63,276 nucleotides of DNA, filler included, from Calcarisporiella thermophila CBS 279.70 (GCF_041956535.1; 4 parts of 4 records of this genome joined end to end with filler, not necessarily neighbours in it), one strand, 5' to 3'. Counted from the first letter of the whole stretch, positions 22,432-36,123 are shown. The notes: generated by a model not told the origin, from the letters alone. Translations and numbers: made by a program.

Positions 22432-24395
22432 ATGTCTCGAGCAATTTTACCTTTCTTTAAAGAGTGTAATTCATGCCAACATAGCAAGCTGAAATGTGAT
22501 GGCAATATGAAGGAGTGCTCGCGATGCAAAATTCTGGAGGTAAAATGCACATACAAAGTATCCACCGCTAAAGTAGGGCGCCCCTCTAAATCGCAAAAAA
22601 AGCGCAATAAAGAGAATTTTATGAGTGATTCAAATGCTCTCGGATTAATAACGCAGGGTCATTTACTGAGTCAATACCAATTGCTTATTAACGAGCCGGA
22701 ATCCTTGATCCGTAATCTAAACGTAATTACAAGATTCTTTCTGATATATACTTTACCCATCTTCTCAATTTCACCTTTGTATAGTATCAAATTCTCGAAA
22801 GCCCTTGGCGATGGAAATGGTCGCAAGGGATAAAATTTCCGCGTTCTCCGGCGTGTAGCATGATGACCAATGATGTGCTAGGAGTGATTATCGGAAAGAT
22901 GAGCTCCCTCTGCGTTAACGAGAGGATCTCAAAAGGTTACCCCCAGGTTTCTCAGGACGAAGAAAGCCGCCTCCTATCCAAAGACTACATGCACAAGAAC
23001 CCTATGAGATCCGTGACCTCTATCCAGGCTATTGTGCTTATTAACTTATGGTTCAGAAATTTCCCATTTCCCACTGTGCTTAACCGCATCGCTCTAATTC
23101 AAGATTACATTGAGGGCCAGACGCACCCCTTGCTCTATTCAAGCATTTTCGCCCTAGCACTCATTCTTCCGGAAACCACTTTGTATCACGAGTTGCTCAG
23201 AAGAAAACTAAGCACAATTTTCTTAGCATTTGCGGCAGCATTAACACGAGATGAGACATATAACTCCCCTTCGCTTATCAACCTTCAAGGCTTTTATACT
23301 CTCGCTGTGCTGTTGACCTTTAAAGGGTATTTGCAATCAGCCCAAGAAATCATGAACAGGGCATGGGAAATGGCATTTAAGCTGCGTATTCATGAGCAAG
23401 ATAATTCAGATTTCGATATGGAATTGGATCCTTTAAGTCGTGAATTGCGCAATAATATTTGGTGGGCCATGCGCATTTTTACCACATGAAGCTATGCCCG
23501 ACTCGAGTCGACCTTCGAGCATAAGATTATCAATGTAACCATAAGTTTGCCAGTCATGAAGGAGTCTGAATCCGCACTTTACGAGTATAGTCGTTGTCGT
23601 GGTTCCAGCTCATTCATCTTAAGTGAAGATGCGCAGTCAATTCTATCCCTTTATAACTGCGCTTACTTGATGGCTGTGCTCTCTGAAATACTACCGTATT
23701 TCAGCATGATTTCTGGATTATGTTCAATGAAGCTTTTGGAGTGCTCTGGCACAGCATACCTGGATGCTGCACCGTTGCAGCTGTATGTTTCGAGCTTGCC
23801 CCTCCGGTTGGAGAATTTGATAGGCACAATTTCGTCTGAAATGAAACCCCTTAACAGAGCAGAGTTATTACTCTACCTTTACATCATCAAGGTTCATTCG
23901 CGTTTCCTTAAGCTGGACGAGAGCCTGTTCGTGTCAATTGATTATCACTCACTTGTGGAATGTATTACGTCTGCAGACGAGATAGTGGATCTGGTAGAAA
24001 TGGCAATAGGCGATCAAAATAGCAAGTCATTTCATTCTACAATGGTATTTGGATTGAATACAAGTGCATGTGTCTTCTTTATAGCAGCAGTATTGGGAAG
24101 TGCAGAGCAACAGAGAAGCGCGCTATTTGGTTTGCGCAGGATCCTGGAGATACTGAAGAATCCGCTTTTATTGTATCAAGACTTTGATCTCATCCATGGT
24201 ATTGAAGAAGTATTTTATGGCGAAAAAAACGATAATATAGTGGGGTATGGATCAGAATCCTTCAATACTGCAAGTGTAGACAGCACAACCGTCTCTGCCG
24301 TCATCCCCACTGTAGGGCTTAGTTCGATTGTAAATGTGGAGCCAATTGATAGATATCTTCATCCAAATAGAATATTTGTTATTGTGCATATGTAA
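22432..24395 (+). pseudogene. Zn(II)2Cys6 fungal transcription factor with in-frame TGA at 23487-23489
   Basis: CNSCQHSKLKCDG..CSRC...CTY cluster; intron 22723-22784 joins in frame; Fungal_trans-like ELRNNIWW; the frame continues unbroken after the TGA to 24395. Confidence 0.78.
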
Positions 24396-24959
24396 TTATA
24401 GCGGTAATAGTTGTAACAGAACTCTTCATCTCACTCATCAAAGTACTGGAAATAAGTTCGTTGTATTATTTTTTTGTAAGCTATATTTCGAGTTCAATCT
24501 TAAAAAATCCATTTTGAGTTACTGTTATTGATTAATTTACATATTATTAATGTATATATCGAACACTTGCATTCTGGAATAAAGAAGCTCTAGTGATTTC
24601 TGCAACTCTCCATTAAAGAAGGTGGTGGGGAAGTTACTGTAATAAGAAACCAAAGTTTTCCAATAACTTTCCCGCCTTTTTCTTGTTTACAGTCGACGGT
24701 TATATCGGAAAGCCATATTCATTATGCTCGAATTGGAGGGTTGATGGCTGAAATAGGAGAGAATGGTAATAGCTCCGCCCATTAATCCAAAATGCAAAAT
24801 GTCCAATTTTTATCCAAAGAATAGTGATGTTAGCAAGTAGTCACAAAATATAAGAACTATCTAAAACTAATACTTGGGACACGCAGCTCGATTTCCTAGA
24901 GCCATTTGAAGGCCTAATGAAAGAAGTTCATCCAACAAAGATTTGCGCTTCACTGAAAT

Positions 24960-26090
24960 TTATTCCCTATGTATATATATAGAATGGTGACAACTGCAAG
25001 CCTCTATGGTTTGCCCCCGCTTTTTCCGCCCATGGGGCCTGAGCGAAAACTCCTGATATTTGGCAGTGGCAGGGGCTGTAATTGCTCGCGACGCTTTGCC
25101 TATGTGCTCTGCTGGAAACTTCATTGCAAGTGGCGTGCCACGTATAATCTTCCTAAAAGGTGAAATGCTCTTTGCATGTGTCAATTATGCTCGCACGTAG
25201 AGGATCTATGTGCCAGTTCCCCAACCAACGTGACCGTTGAGTTGTGCTTGGATGATGTCATTAGTGGTAACCACACCCGCAAAGTCCTCACCAGGGTTGG
25301 TAGTCTAGTGGCGCTCAGTTGCAGGTGGGTCCAACTTCATCTGACATCCCGCTTCGAAAGCACGAGCAGAAGTGAAGCAGGAGCATTCCACCGCGTGATT
25401 GATGTACACCCTGCGGCCCACGGCACCGATGGCTGACCTAAGTGCTGTAATCGCCACTTTGTCACTGTGGCAGAGAAAGTAGGCCTGTGGCCTCTCCCCG
25501 CTGAGGAAAGCCTCAAGCATCTATACTGTAGTGGCATGAACCTGAAACCAGCATGTTGCCAAATCCCCTCCATGTGGACATTGTGAGCCTTCGATGTATG
25601 CCGCGTTTGGGCCCTGACCTCTTATTTTATACCACGTTATGTGATCTCCATCAGCCCACGTCACTCTTTCACCATGAAAATCATCAGAGCGGCACACTTT
25701 AGATCCACTCCTCTTAAAAGAGATGGTGCCATAATCGACAAGGCAAGCCCCACCGGATCCCCGTATTTAGAGGACCCGAAAGGGTGAATGTAATTGCTCA
25801 CTCGATCCTGCGGGATATCTTCAACATTTTGCCCACGAGCCAGTTGATCCCACCACGCAGGTAGCTTTTTCCCATGGCTCCTGCGAATGAAACTCCTCTA
25901 GGTGAAGGAGTAGTGACTCTAATAGTGGCTGCTCGGTGCGCATATACGTTGCTGACATCTGCTTTGGGCAGAGCTCCCAGGCTATTGGAAGCTCATACAG
26001 CAACTCTTCGACCTGCTTGGCCACATGCAAGGTAGCGTCGTTCATCGGCAATGTCGGCGTGCGTAAAGTTGATTGGCCTTTGCTGTCATT
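24960..26090 (-). pseudogene. degenerate coding remnant of unknown family
   Basis: About 1.1 kb of GC-richer sequence with protein-like minus-strand frames broken by several stops and shifts. Confidence 0.35.
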
Positions 26091-26973
26091 TGTTTAGCAC
26101 GTTCACTAACTGTACGACTTCACCCCAGTCTGGTTAGCAAACCTTATTGGAGCCAGTGGCTTAGCCTGATCGCGTAATTGTTTCGTCGTTATGTAAATGA
26201 TGCTAAAGTCCATGTACCCGTCGAGTCTGATTCTTCAGTAATCGTTCGATCAAGACGTCGAAAGAGTTGTGGATTGCATATAAGCTATTGTCAAATATAT
26301 GCTGGGTAGATTGGGTTGTATCAATGGTCGATTTGTCTTAAGTTTGCTTAGAATATTATGTGGTCTTTAAAGAGGTTATTAGTGAATATGCTTTCGCGTT
26401 TGAAATAGAAACTCTTTGGTATTTCGAAATAGTAAATTGTGATATCTGTATATACCTGCTGTGTTTATGAGGATTGAATATTTTGTAGCAAAGCTTTCTC
26501 AGGACATAATATGTGATATAATTATTTCAATGTAATTGGTATTATGCTCCTTATGATCCGAGTACCAGCCCGGGTGATTGGGCCTACTCTTGACTGCAAC
26601 CCCCCGCGGCCGAGAGTTGGCCAAAATATTTTGGCCTCAATCCTATTAGGCCGGTACTCTTCGGCTGCTCAAGTTGATTGCCTAGCCTAGCCCCTCAACC
26701 TCCTAATTCGATCGGGCCTGAGTCCATTACGAAACAAAACACCTACTACTGATTTCCGCGGAGTTGAATCCACGGTAGCATCCGACAGGACATCTGCCCA
26801 AATTCACCCCGCAAAAATTGGGCCAATACATTCACATGCTCCCCCTTTAATACGCTTATTTTGGCTCAACTTTCACATGAGCCTCCCTCCGCTTCCTCGG
26901 ACTTTGGGCCCACTCCCTCGTCCCTTTCCCTATTTTAAGCTCTTTTTCTTCAAGGCCGTGGAATTATCGCACT

Positions 26974-28549
26974 ATGCAAACATCAGATTCGCACCCACAA
27001 CACCATCAAGTCATTATTGTAGGCACAGGCTTCTCTGGACTTGGAGCGGCAATACGCCTTAAGCAAGAAAATATCCATGACTTTATCGTCCTAGACCGTG
27101 GTAATGACGTTGGAGGCACATGGCGTGACAATACGTAATTTGTGATGGTGCATTCATTTCAATATCCCGATCATTATGAGTAATGTAAATCTTCTTTTCC
27201 AACTTTACAGTTATCCTGGACTTACATGCGACATTCCGAGCGATTTGTACTCCTTTTCCTATGAATGCAATCCAAACTGGTCCCGACATTATTCTTCTCA
27301 ACCCGAGATTTTAGACTACTTACGCTACTGTGCCGCTAAATATGGCGTGTATCAACACTGTCGATTCCAGCATAATGTTGAATCCATGACATGGGATGAA
27401 AGGCGGAATATCTGGGTGGTACAGACCTCGAAGAGCGTCTACACAACGAACGTTATATTAGCGGGGATGGGCCAGCTTAGTGAGCCCAAATATCCTGACA
27501 TTCCTGGTCTCGATGAGTTTGCCAAATCAGGCGGAAAGCTATTCCATTCATCTCGTTGGGACCATCATCACAACCTAAACAATCGCAAAGTTGCTGTATT
27601 TGGTACAGGAGCTTCCGCCCTTCAGTTCGTTCCCGTGATCCAACCCAAAGTTAAGCACATGGTGCTATTCCAACGCACTCCACACTGGATCATCCCGCGT
27701 GACAATCACTCTCGCTTCATCCAGAGATGGCTTCTGCGACTGCTACCCTTCACCAAGGTTTTAGTGCGCGCATACATCTTCAGTTTCTACGAATTGCTTG
27801 GACTGTTCATGAACTATTGGTACAAAGTATTGCAAACTGGGCAGTTCATTCCCAAGCTATTAATGTACTGGCAAATCAAGGATCCCGAAATGCGCAAGAA
27901 ACTCACACCCAACTACGTCATGGGCTGCAAGCGCATCCTCATTTCTAACGAGTTCTATCCGGCAGTAACCCAGCCCAACGTCACGCTTGTGACGGATAAG
28001 GTGGCCAAGATCGAGTCGCAGCAAATAGTGATGAAAGACGGCACTAAGCATGAAGTGGATACCATTATCATCGCCACGGGTTTCCATGTGTCCGATCATC
28101 CGATGGCAAGGATCATCCGCGGTCGCGACGGAAAACTTCTATCGGATGTTTGGAAAGGCGAGGCTTCTGCCTACAAGGGCAGCTGCGTGCCTGGATTCCC
28201 GAATCTATTTATCTTTATGGGCCCAAATACTGGGTCGGGTCACATATCCTACGTGTTCCTTATCGAATGCCAAGCTCGCTACGCGGTCGATGCAATCAAA
28301 AAAATGCACAGCCAACGTCTAAGCTCTATTGAAGTGACAGAAAAGGCTCATAATAGCTATAATGAATTGATTGCGCGAAAAGTGAAGGGCACGGTGCAGT
28401 CAAGTGGTGGATGTTCGAGTTGGTACCTTGCATCTACTGGCAAAAACACAATCACTTTTCCTGATTTTGGCGTCGTCTTTTATTGGAACACTCGCCGTTT
28501 TGATATTGAAAACTATAAAACAGTGCGATGGTCCGCCAAGTCAGAGTAA
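26974..28549 (+). CDS. flavin-containing / Baeyer-Villiger monooxygenase; exons 26974-27134, 27211-28549
   Basis: IVGTGFSGLG, GGTWRDNTYPG (across the intron), FHSSRWDH fingerprint, second Rossmann motif VFGTGASA, QRTP, GCKR, ATGF. Confidence 0.93.
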
Positions 28550-29349
28550 TGTTCAAACAATTAATTATTTAATAAAAGAATATGATAAGAAATTTAGAAA
28601 CATACGACGGCATTCTTAAAACGCAAAAATTCATTCACGATAAACAAGAAAAAGGAACAAAATGGTGGAAGCTGAAAGAAATGTTGTAAATGAATATACC
28701 CACATAATAACCAGGTGCTTTGCCCTCATCTTTTCTACTCTTGACTTATCCAATCAACTTCATTCTGTTTCTTATCGAGTTGAGTTCTTGTTTGAGGGAT
28801 CCTACCCCCAAAGAGTTGGTGATGGCAAATATACAATACATGTTGGCGTATTTTATTAAAGATTACTTAAATGCCGTAATTTTGTATTGAACTCGCTGCA
28901 TATTTTTAATGTGCAAAGGGTGATTGATTTCTCTAAGGCTTCGAGCAGTGGCTCACTGAAGAGTATTGATGAATGTACCATAAAATGTTCTCATGAAATC
29001 GGCTCTGAGATATTTCTCAAATTATTTACAATAGTATAAAATAAAATTGAACTTCGAGTTAAAAATGAGTCATTATATTCGAAAGAGTATAAGACGAATT
29101 CGGATCTGGTAGAAAGAGGTACAATTGGATGGATGTTAAAATCTCTGGCCAGGAATATTATGTCAAGGATGTTATGAAACATAAATAAGTACTGTACCTG
29201 TTGTTCAGTGGAGCTACATCCCTTCTCAAGAAACTGATTATTTTAGAGCATGGGGGAAGTTGAGGGTAATTTGTACCAGCAGTTTTTGTAGATCGGTTAA
29301 TAAGTATAAATACATACTTAAGTTAGATAAATTTCAAAATAGATATCAA

Positions 29350-31579
29350 CCCTACAAAAAAACTGGTTATAGGAAAGTATTTAGAAAACATCGGGCATAG
29401 TGAATCGCGAACAAAACCTCTGGGTACCTCTATGTTTTCTCATCTCAACTCTTAGTTATTTATTTGCCTATAATAGATATTTTAACTGTAGGTAATTAAC
29501 CGTAAAATTTATTAAAAAAGGCTATTTAATAAAATGCAAATACAATCATTATTGTAAAAATATCAAGATTTAATATTCTACTGAAATTGAACCCCACACT
29601 CCATGTTTCAAGCCACACAATTTATCCTACGATCGCGGTCCTCTTCTGTTGATTTAGGCTAAATTTGAGATAATACCGGTTTTCATATCAAAGTTCCTAA
29701 TAGATATATAAATATATAAATTATGATTCTGATAGATTCGAAGACACTTCAGATCAAACTATGCCTCCAAAATATTGTGTAATTGCCCAGTGTGCAAAGG
29801 TCGGTACGTTTGTAGAATTACTCAATGGAAACACGACCAACTTTACGTGAAGAGGATTAGACCTGAAAAGAGTGAAATTTCTACCGATATTATACTGGAA
29901 GAGAGTGATACAATTGAGTAAGCACAGATGGATTTAATCTATACACATTACAAAGTAATGTTAATTTGTATTATTATTTTCTAAAGCTCTGATAATTCAG
30001 ATTCATCTCTCCTCACTAATACATGGATACTAGTTATGAAGAGATGGAGAGTTTGTAAGATGGGCGTATTCGCGAGTGTAGGTAATGCAGCTATTGATAC
30101 AACAATCGATCAAATCGGGTTTGATTCCTACTAGCGTTTGTAGCTCTTTTTCAATTAAATATGTTGACTCGGTATCNNNNNNNNNNNNNNNNNNNNNNNN
30201 NNNNNNNNNNNNNNNNNNNNNNNNNNNNNNNNNNNNNNNNNNNNNNNNNNNNNNNNNNNNNNNNNNNNNNNNNNNNNNNNNNNNNNNNNNNNNNNNNNNN
30301 NNNNNNNNNNNNNNNNNNNNNNNNNNNNNNNNNNNNNNNNNNNNNNNNNNNNNNNNNNNNNNNNNNNNNNNNNNNNNNNNNNNNNNNNNNNNNNNNNNNN
30401 NNNNNNNNNNNNNNNNNNNNNNNNNNNNNNNNNNNNNNNNNNNNNNNNNNNNNNNNNNNNNNNNNNNNNNNNNNNNNNNNNNNNNNNNNNNNNNNNNNNN
30501 NNNNNNNNNNNNNNNNNNNNNNNNNNNNNNNNNNNNNNNNNNNNNNNNNNNNNNNNNNNNNNNNNNNNNNNNNNNNNNNNNNNNNNNNNNNNNNNNNNNN
30601 NNNNNNNNNNNNNNNNNNNNNNNNNNNNNNNNNNNNNNNNNNNNNNNNNNNNNNNGCTAGACTCACTATCCTGCTCAGATTCGGAATTTGTGCTTTCATC
30701 TTCACTACTTTGGTATCGACATTCGTCGCTAGGATAAGCATCTTCTTCGCTATAGTATTCGCGATTCAACTCTTGTAAAAATTCTTCTCGAATTTCCACA
30801 GAGTCTTATTAGAGGCATAGAACTCCTTGAGGTGAGTGTTGAGTTTAGAGTCCCCAACGAAGCCTTTAGTATTATAAATAGAATAGTAAATACCGATACT
30901 GAGTCAACATATTTAATTGAAAAAGAGCTATAAACGCTAGTAGGAATCAAGCCCGATTTGATCGATTGTTGTATCAATAGCTGCATTACCTACACTCGCG
31001 AATACGCCCATCTTACAAACTGTCCAATCTGTAAAGAACAACGTTACAAAGCAGTTTCTTCGCCTAGTAAAAAGCGACCGCGAAAAGTATTTCCGTACTT
31101 TTCGCTTACTGATCGATTTAGGATTCAATATAAAAACTCGACGCGATCAAATGAATAGAGGTTGTAATTACCACAATCTATAGTTCTCGATTCCAGCTTG
31201 GCAAAATACTTATACAATATATACTATATACTATCCCGTAAAAATAGATATAGAGCACGGTATATCGGTCAGTCTAGCTACAATTTATCTTTTCAAGTTC
31301 CCCCAGACTATGAATACAAGGATATTTTTGATGGAAAACGATACAAAGAACTTGTCCAGAATGGAATATTTAAGGATCATCGTGACATAGCGCTATCTGT
31401 ATCAACTGATGGATTTCAACTCTACAAACAGTAAATTTAATATAAGATTGTGCTAAATCCATTCTCTTGGTAATTTGTTAGCTTTTTTTCTAGAAATACT
31501 CATGAATGCTGGCCGGTCATTTTGATCAACCATAATCTTTCACTAGATGTGAGGATTAAGAAGGAAAACCTAATATGCC
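29350..31579 (+). mobile_element. degenerate CACTA/CMC-type (Transposase_21-like) DNA transposon remnant
   Basis: IDCCINSC..CPICKEQRY, FPYFSL..RFRIQY, DIFDGKRY..IALSVSTDGFQLY and ECWPVILINHNL..RIKKENL; stops and rearrangement; candidate terminus CCCTACAAAAAAACT at 29350. Boundaries approximate. Confidence 0.72.
30050..31021. repeat. 127-bp inverted duplication (30050-30176 vs 30895-31021) inside the transposase remnant
   Basis: Reverse-complement match with 3 transition differences; the left copy runs into the N gap. Confidence 0.9.
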
Positions 31580-34087
31580 GGAAGTTTTGAGAAAAAAGAG
31601 CTATATTGTGAAGTTGAAGTAAGTGAATCAGCTTTCCCATAAAAACGATGAAGTCGTTAATATATATAATTTTGGGAAAACCGCAGTACAATTTCCATCA
31701 TTCTTATCGTGGAAATGATTATATACTGGCCTTTGTTTTCTGGGCGGGAGAGTGGGATAAAGATGCCTATGATTTGAGAAGTTTCAATACATGAAGTATA
31801 AAACAGTTTGTTGACGTATCTGTGTTGGACAGATGCGTTGGGTGGATTAAAAGAGAGCGGAATATATACGTAGTCGACAAGGAGCATTTTACCAGCCTTT
31901 CTTCATAGAGAATATATACAATACAATTGAATCCTACTTATTTTATCAATATATTGCACGTGATAATTAGCTGCATTTTCTTCTCTGTGGTTTTATCTAT
32001 TTCATTACCAACTATCTCATTTATAAGTTTTTACTATAGTGCAGCCTTTTTTTGATAGTTAGGCCAAAATTTTAAGTAAAAATTTTTCTAAGATAAAAAT
32101 CAATTTATATAATTTCGGCCGTAAAGTCCGGCCGAAGAAATAATAAACGAAATGTTTCAAGGCCAAAAAATTATTTTTTGGCCGTGGAATTTGGATTATC
32201 TCAAATTCCGCCTCTGCCTTGTGGCGGCAATTACTTGCAACTCAAAGGCTGACAGTATGTTAATTAATGTCACGTGAAAAACCTCTATTTTCACAGTCCT
32301 ACGCCCTTAATTTTAACGAATTTAACTATATTTTATCAGGGTAAATCATGGTTTTGTTTATGTTTTCTAACAGGTTTCCTTATGATGTTTTTTTGTAAGG
32401 ATGACGGGTGATTCTATCAAAGGGTGATATACAAATAACCAAAAATAAGAAGTTAGGGATCATTAGTTTTCTGAAATATTAAAATAATTCAATACAAAAC
32501 AAATTTTAAGCGAGTCTATGCAAGATCTTCAAGGCAGCTGAACACGGCAAATATAGATTAATGGCACTTTGAAACGCTTTTTTCCAAATGATTCGGTCAT
32601 GAGTATCTCTAAATAGTCTAAGTCTTTGTATCTTTTAATTATCATGATTTATCGGGCTGTGCTGTACTCGATACAGTTGCATTTTCACTCTCAGCTTTGG
32701 GAAGCATTCTATTTCCCATCATATCAACACGTGTTGCATTTCTCCAGACTAAGAAAACCTACTCAGTTTGCAATCATATTGTACGGTACATTTTGCAAAT
32801 TAAAACAATAGAAAACCGAAATTGTAAACATGATGAATTGCCTCAATCATATTTTTAAACACATTTAGATGGGATTTATTTCAGGACAAGTGTTTCGAAA
32901 ATATACAGTCCAATATATTCCACATCTTTCTGGTGAGAAAGTACAGAGTGGATCTAGAATCCTGATATACTAGTAATATGAAGCAAATCCAGTAGAGATG
33001 ATTATTATTATCGCCTCAATAGCTATACTATAGGTATAATTGAAACTGCGTATAGCCTGGTGTTCAACTCCATATTCCTACTCCGACCTCCCTTTATGCA
33101 TATGATAGCTAAAGTTTCAGCGGTTTCATTCACGTCGATCCTATTAGTAGGTAGCTCTTTGCTGTACTATGGGTTCTAAAACGAGACGAATTAAAAGGAA
33201 TAAATAATAAAAATACAGGTTATTAATAAAGATGATCACCTATAGGGAGCAGAAAAGAGTATATGTATTGGGTTGGGCTTGTAGAGTAATAAACTGGGGT
33301 AATAAACTTGTAAACTAGTTTCGACCTTAGGAATACACAGTGGCAATAATTACATCATCAGTTATGACGTTATAGCATCCCCTAAGTAAATTAGACCCTC
33401 TATCCTGAAATTATTTTAGCCGCCACCACCACCCTGCAATCCCGGTTTTAGTTTTCAGACATTTTTATATACACATACTATTAATATAAATAAGCCGTCA
33501 AATACGCTAGGCTTAGTGTTAAAGTCACGAATTGGGGAAATGCCCTCCCATTTTTGTTTTAATTATTTGTAAGTATTTTTGCTTAATATTACTCACCCAC
33601 GTAATTTACAATTTGATCCTTCTGGGTGAGCGAGGATTTTCTACTTATGAAAATTAACTATGGCTGGAGTTTGGACAGTAGAGATTAGTTTTTCCTATTA
33701 ACAAACATTCTACTAAAAGGGTACGTATGTTTTACTTGGATCATGTTCCCTCATTTTACGGTTTTTTTAACGCGGATTTTGCTTCAGAAACCTAAAATTT
33801 CGTGGTTATTCCACACGATATTTCGGGCAGTTTGAAATATTATGCATGTGGAATACTCGAAACATGTAAATGGATTCATTTGAATTCTCGCTCCGTTATC
33901 TTCGAACTCGTACTATATAAATTGGTTATAAATCTCACTGGATAGGAGGCACATTCAAAACAAATAAGGAGAGACGATAAAAGTTAAAGTAAGAGTGTGG
34001 AGACTCGTTTGTTAATTACCAGTTCTGCAGCTATCAGTTTAGTTTTTTTTTGTTTTAAAAACGGTGGGGCTATTTAAACTCGACGGT

Positions 34088-35029
34088 ATGTCGACATTCA
34101 CAAAGGTCAGATCACAAAAATATAACACCATGTCGGAAATGAATGGCTTGGGAATAGAGCTGCTGTTCACGTCGGGCAGCTTTATGACACAGATGGTTCT
34201 CTTCAGAAATATACGTAGCAAGGAATTTTTGCTGCTTGCCATTACCCAATTTTTTATTTTGAGCGAGCAAGTCCAGTATCATTTAATGAAATACAATATT
34301 CTCAACAAAAACGCACTGACGATATCAACGTCGATTTTCTGGAGCATTTCGCAGATATTGATCACTTTTCTGTACTTCAGAAGACTCGGCATATTCTCCA
34401 CCAGGTACATTTACCTCAACAGGGTGTTGATGGCATTAGCGATAGTTTTCAACATCCTTGACAGCTTTTCGTGGGCTAGTTTTGCGATTACAAACTATAC
34501 GCGCGACGAATATGCAATCCTGCTCTCCGTCAGCGATATTTTGTCAGGCTTGATAATTACGGTTTATGAAATAATATCTCTACACACTGTCAGAAGCACA
34601 CTTTCGAATATCAGCTCTTTTGAGTACGTCTACAAAAGGATCGTGCACGCATGCTTTGTCACCACAGCGTTGGCTCTCGGTCTTTATGATATGGTGATGT
34701 TCGGGAAGAAAGAGTTTGAGAAAGCCACTGACTTGAATGAGATGAACCTCTCCATCAAGTTGATTTCGTACATGCTTTACTATAGTATTTTGCTCTCAGT
34801 CAAACAATCGAGATCCGAGAGCACCTCAAGAGGGATATCTTCTTCGCACATAGAGTACAATCCAAGACTACCAAATGGCACACCGAAGTATTGCGATTGT
34901 AAGGCAAAGCGCGACATGGGCGGCGGTGACTGGAGCGCCTGCTCCTGCAACGGTGATTCCATCCAGTTGACGGCACCAAATCAAGCATATAATGAGAGCG
35001 ATAAATATTTGTGTGCAAATAGTGTATAA
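34088..35029 (+). CDS. multi-pass membrane protein, about 7 TM (GPCR-like topology)
   Basis: Intronless ORF with about 7 hydrophobic segments (judged by eye) followed by a hydrophilic Ser/Cys-containing tail. Confidence 0.7.
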   Translation: MSTFTKVRSQKYNTMSEMNGLGIELLFTSGSFMTQMVLFRNIRSKEFLLLAITQFFILSEQVQYHLMKYNILNKNALTISTSIFWSISQILITFLYFRRLGIFSTRYIYLNRVLMALAIVFNILDSFSWASFAITNYTRDEYAILLSVSDILSGLIITVYEIISLHTVRSTLSNISSFEYVYKRIVHACFVTTALALGLYDMVMFGKKEFEKATDLNEMNLSIKLISYMLYYSILLSVKQSRSESTSRGISSSHIEYNPRLPNGTPKYCDCKAKRDMGGGDWSACSCNGDSIQLTAPNQAYNESDKYLCANSV

Positions 35030-36123
35030 ATTGAGTTTTCAGTATTTTTTAATTAGTTATCACTTACTTTTTAGTATAATGCTCTAATAAATGGTTATTC
35101 ATTTAACTCGAAATTAAAATTGATAAAATAATATACTAAGTGCCTTAGTAGACAATAATAATGTAATTAAAATAAATCCAGAACACACCAATGGAATATT
35201 ACAGTTGGATAATTAAGGTGCTTTAAGAAGCAGTATAAATCACCATCTAATATATCGCTTCGTATTGGTAGGCAGGATTTTGTTGTGTTGAGTTGAATTG
35301 AAACGAAACTACCAATAGTGGTTAAATGGGGAGAAACGAAGCAGTTCACAAAGGTAAACAGAAGAGCATCTCGAATATATGAACAAGCGTAGCAGCAATT
35401 CGACCCTTCCAACTATCTTCGCTAGTATCTGCGGTATTTGCAGTTTCCATGGTTAGGGAAACCTGAAATCCCATCCCTAATTATATAAACTGGAGTTAGC
35501 CTAAGAAATTAGTAAATTTTAATACAGTGCTTGGCACAAAAATTCTAACCAAAATATAATGCTTTGACCTCCAACTCAATTGTGAATAGAAATCCGGAAG
35601 TTTCTATAGAAAATCAATTCGTACGAGATTTATAGAGAAGTGAAATTCTTTCCCCAAAAATAGATCGAAGATTGCAAAAGAAAATAATTATAGTTTTGGC
35701 TCTATTTCGTTGCACTTCTATATTTCGGAGTCGGTGCTCTTAAAATACACACAATAATATTTTCACTAAGACCAACTGAGAATTTTGTCAAGTGAGTTAC
35801 TCAGAGTAAAAATCTGTTTCTAAATAGTATAGTAGTACAATTTCAAAAAAAAATATGTAAAATAGTTATGCACAAATATAGTCACGCAAAGAGATATTAG
35901 TCGCACGAGTTTATTATGAAAAAGAAGATATTACAAGGCGAGGTTTATCAATATGTTTCAATAGTATTATGCCTGGATAAATATGTCCAGACAAGCGAAA
36001 TTTCAGCAGATAATTAGTCGCATATATAAAATAAGGGCATAAAACCAGGTATAATACTATGGAAGATTTAAAACCAATACTTTCTTATACGAACTAATGT
36101 ACATGTGCTATGTCAATTTAAAG

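Noticed and set aside
30085-30799. Long ORFs listed across the N gap
   Set aside because: Artefacts of translating Ns.
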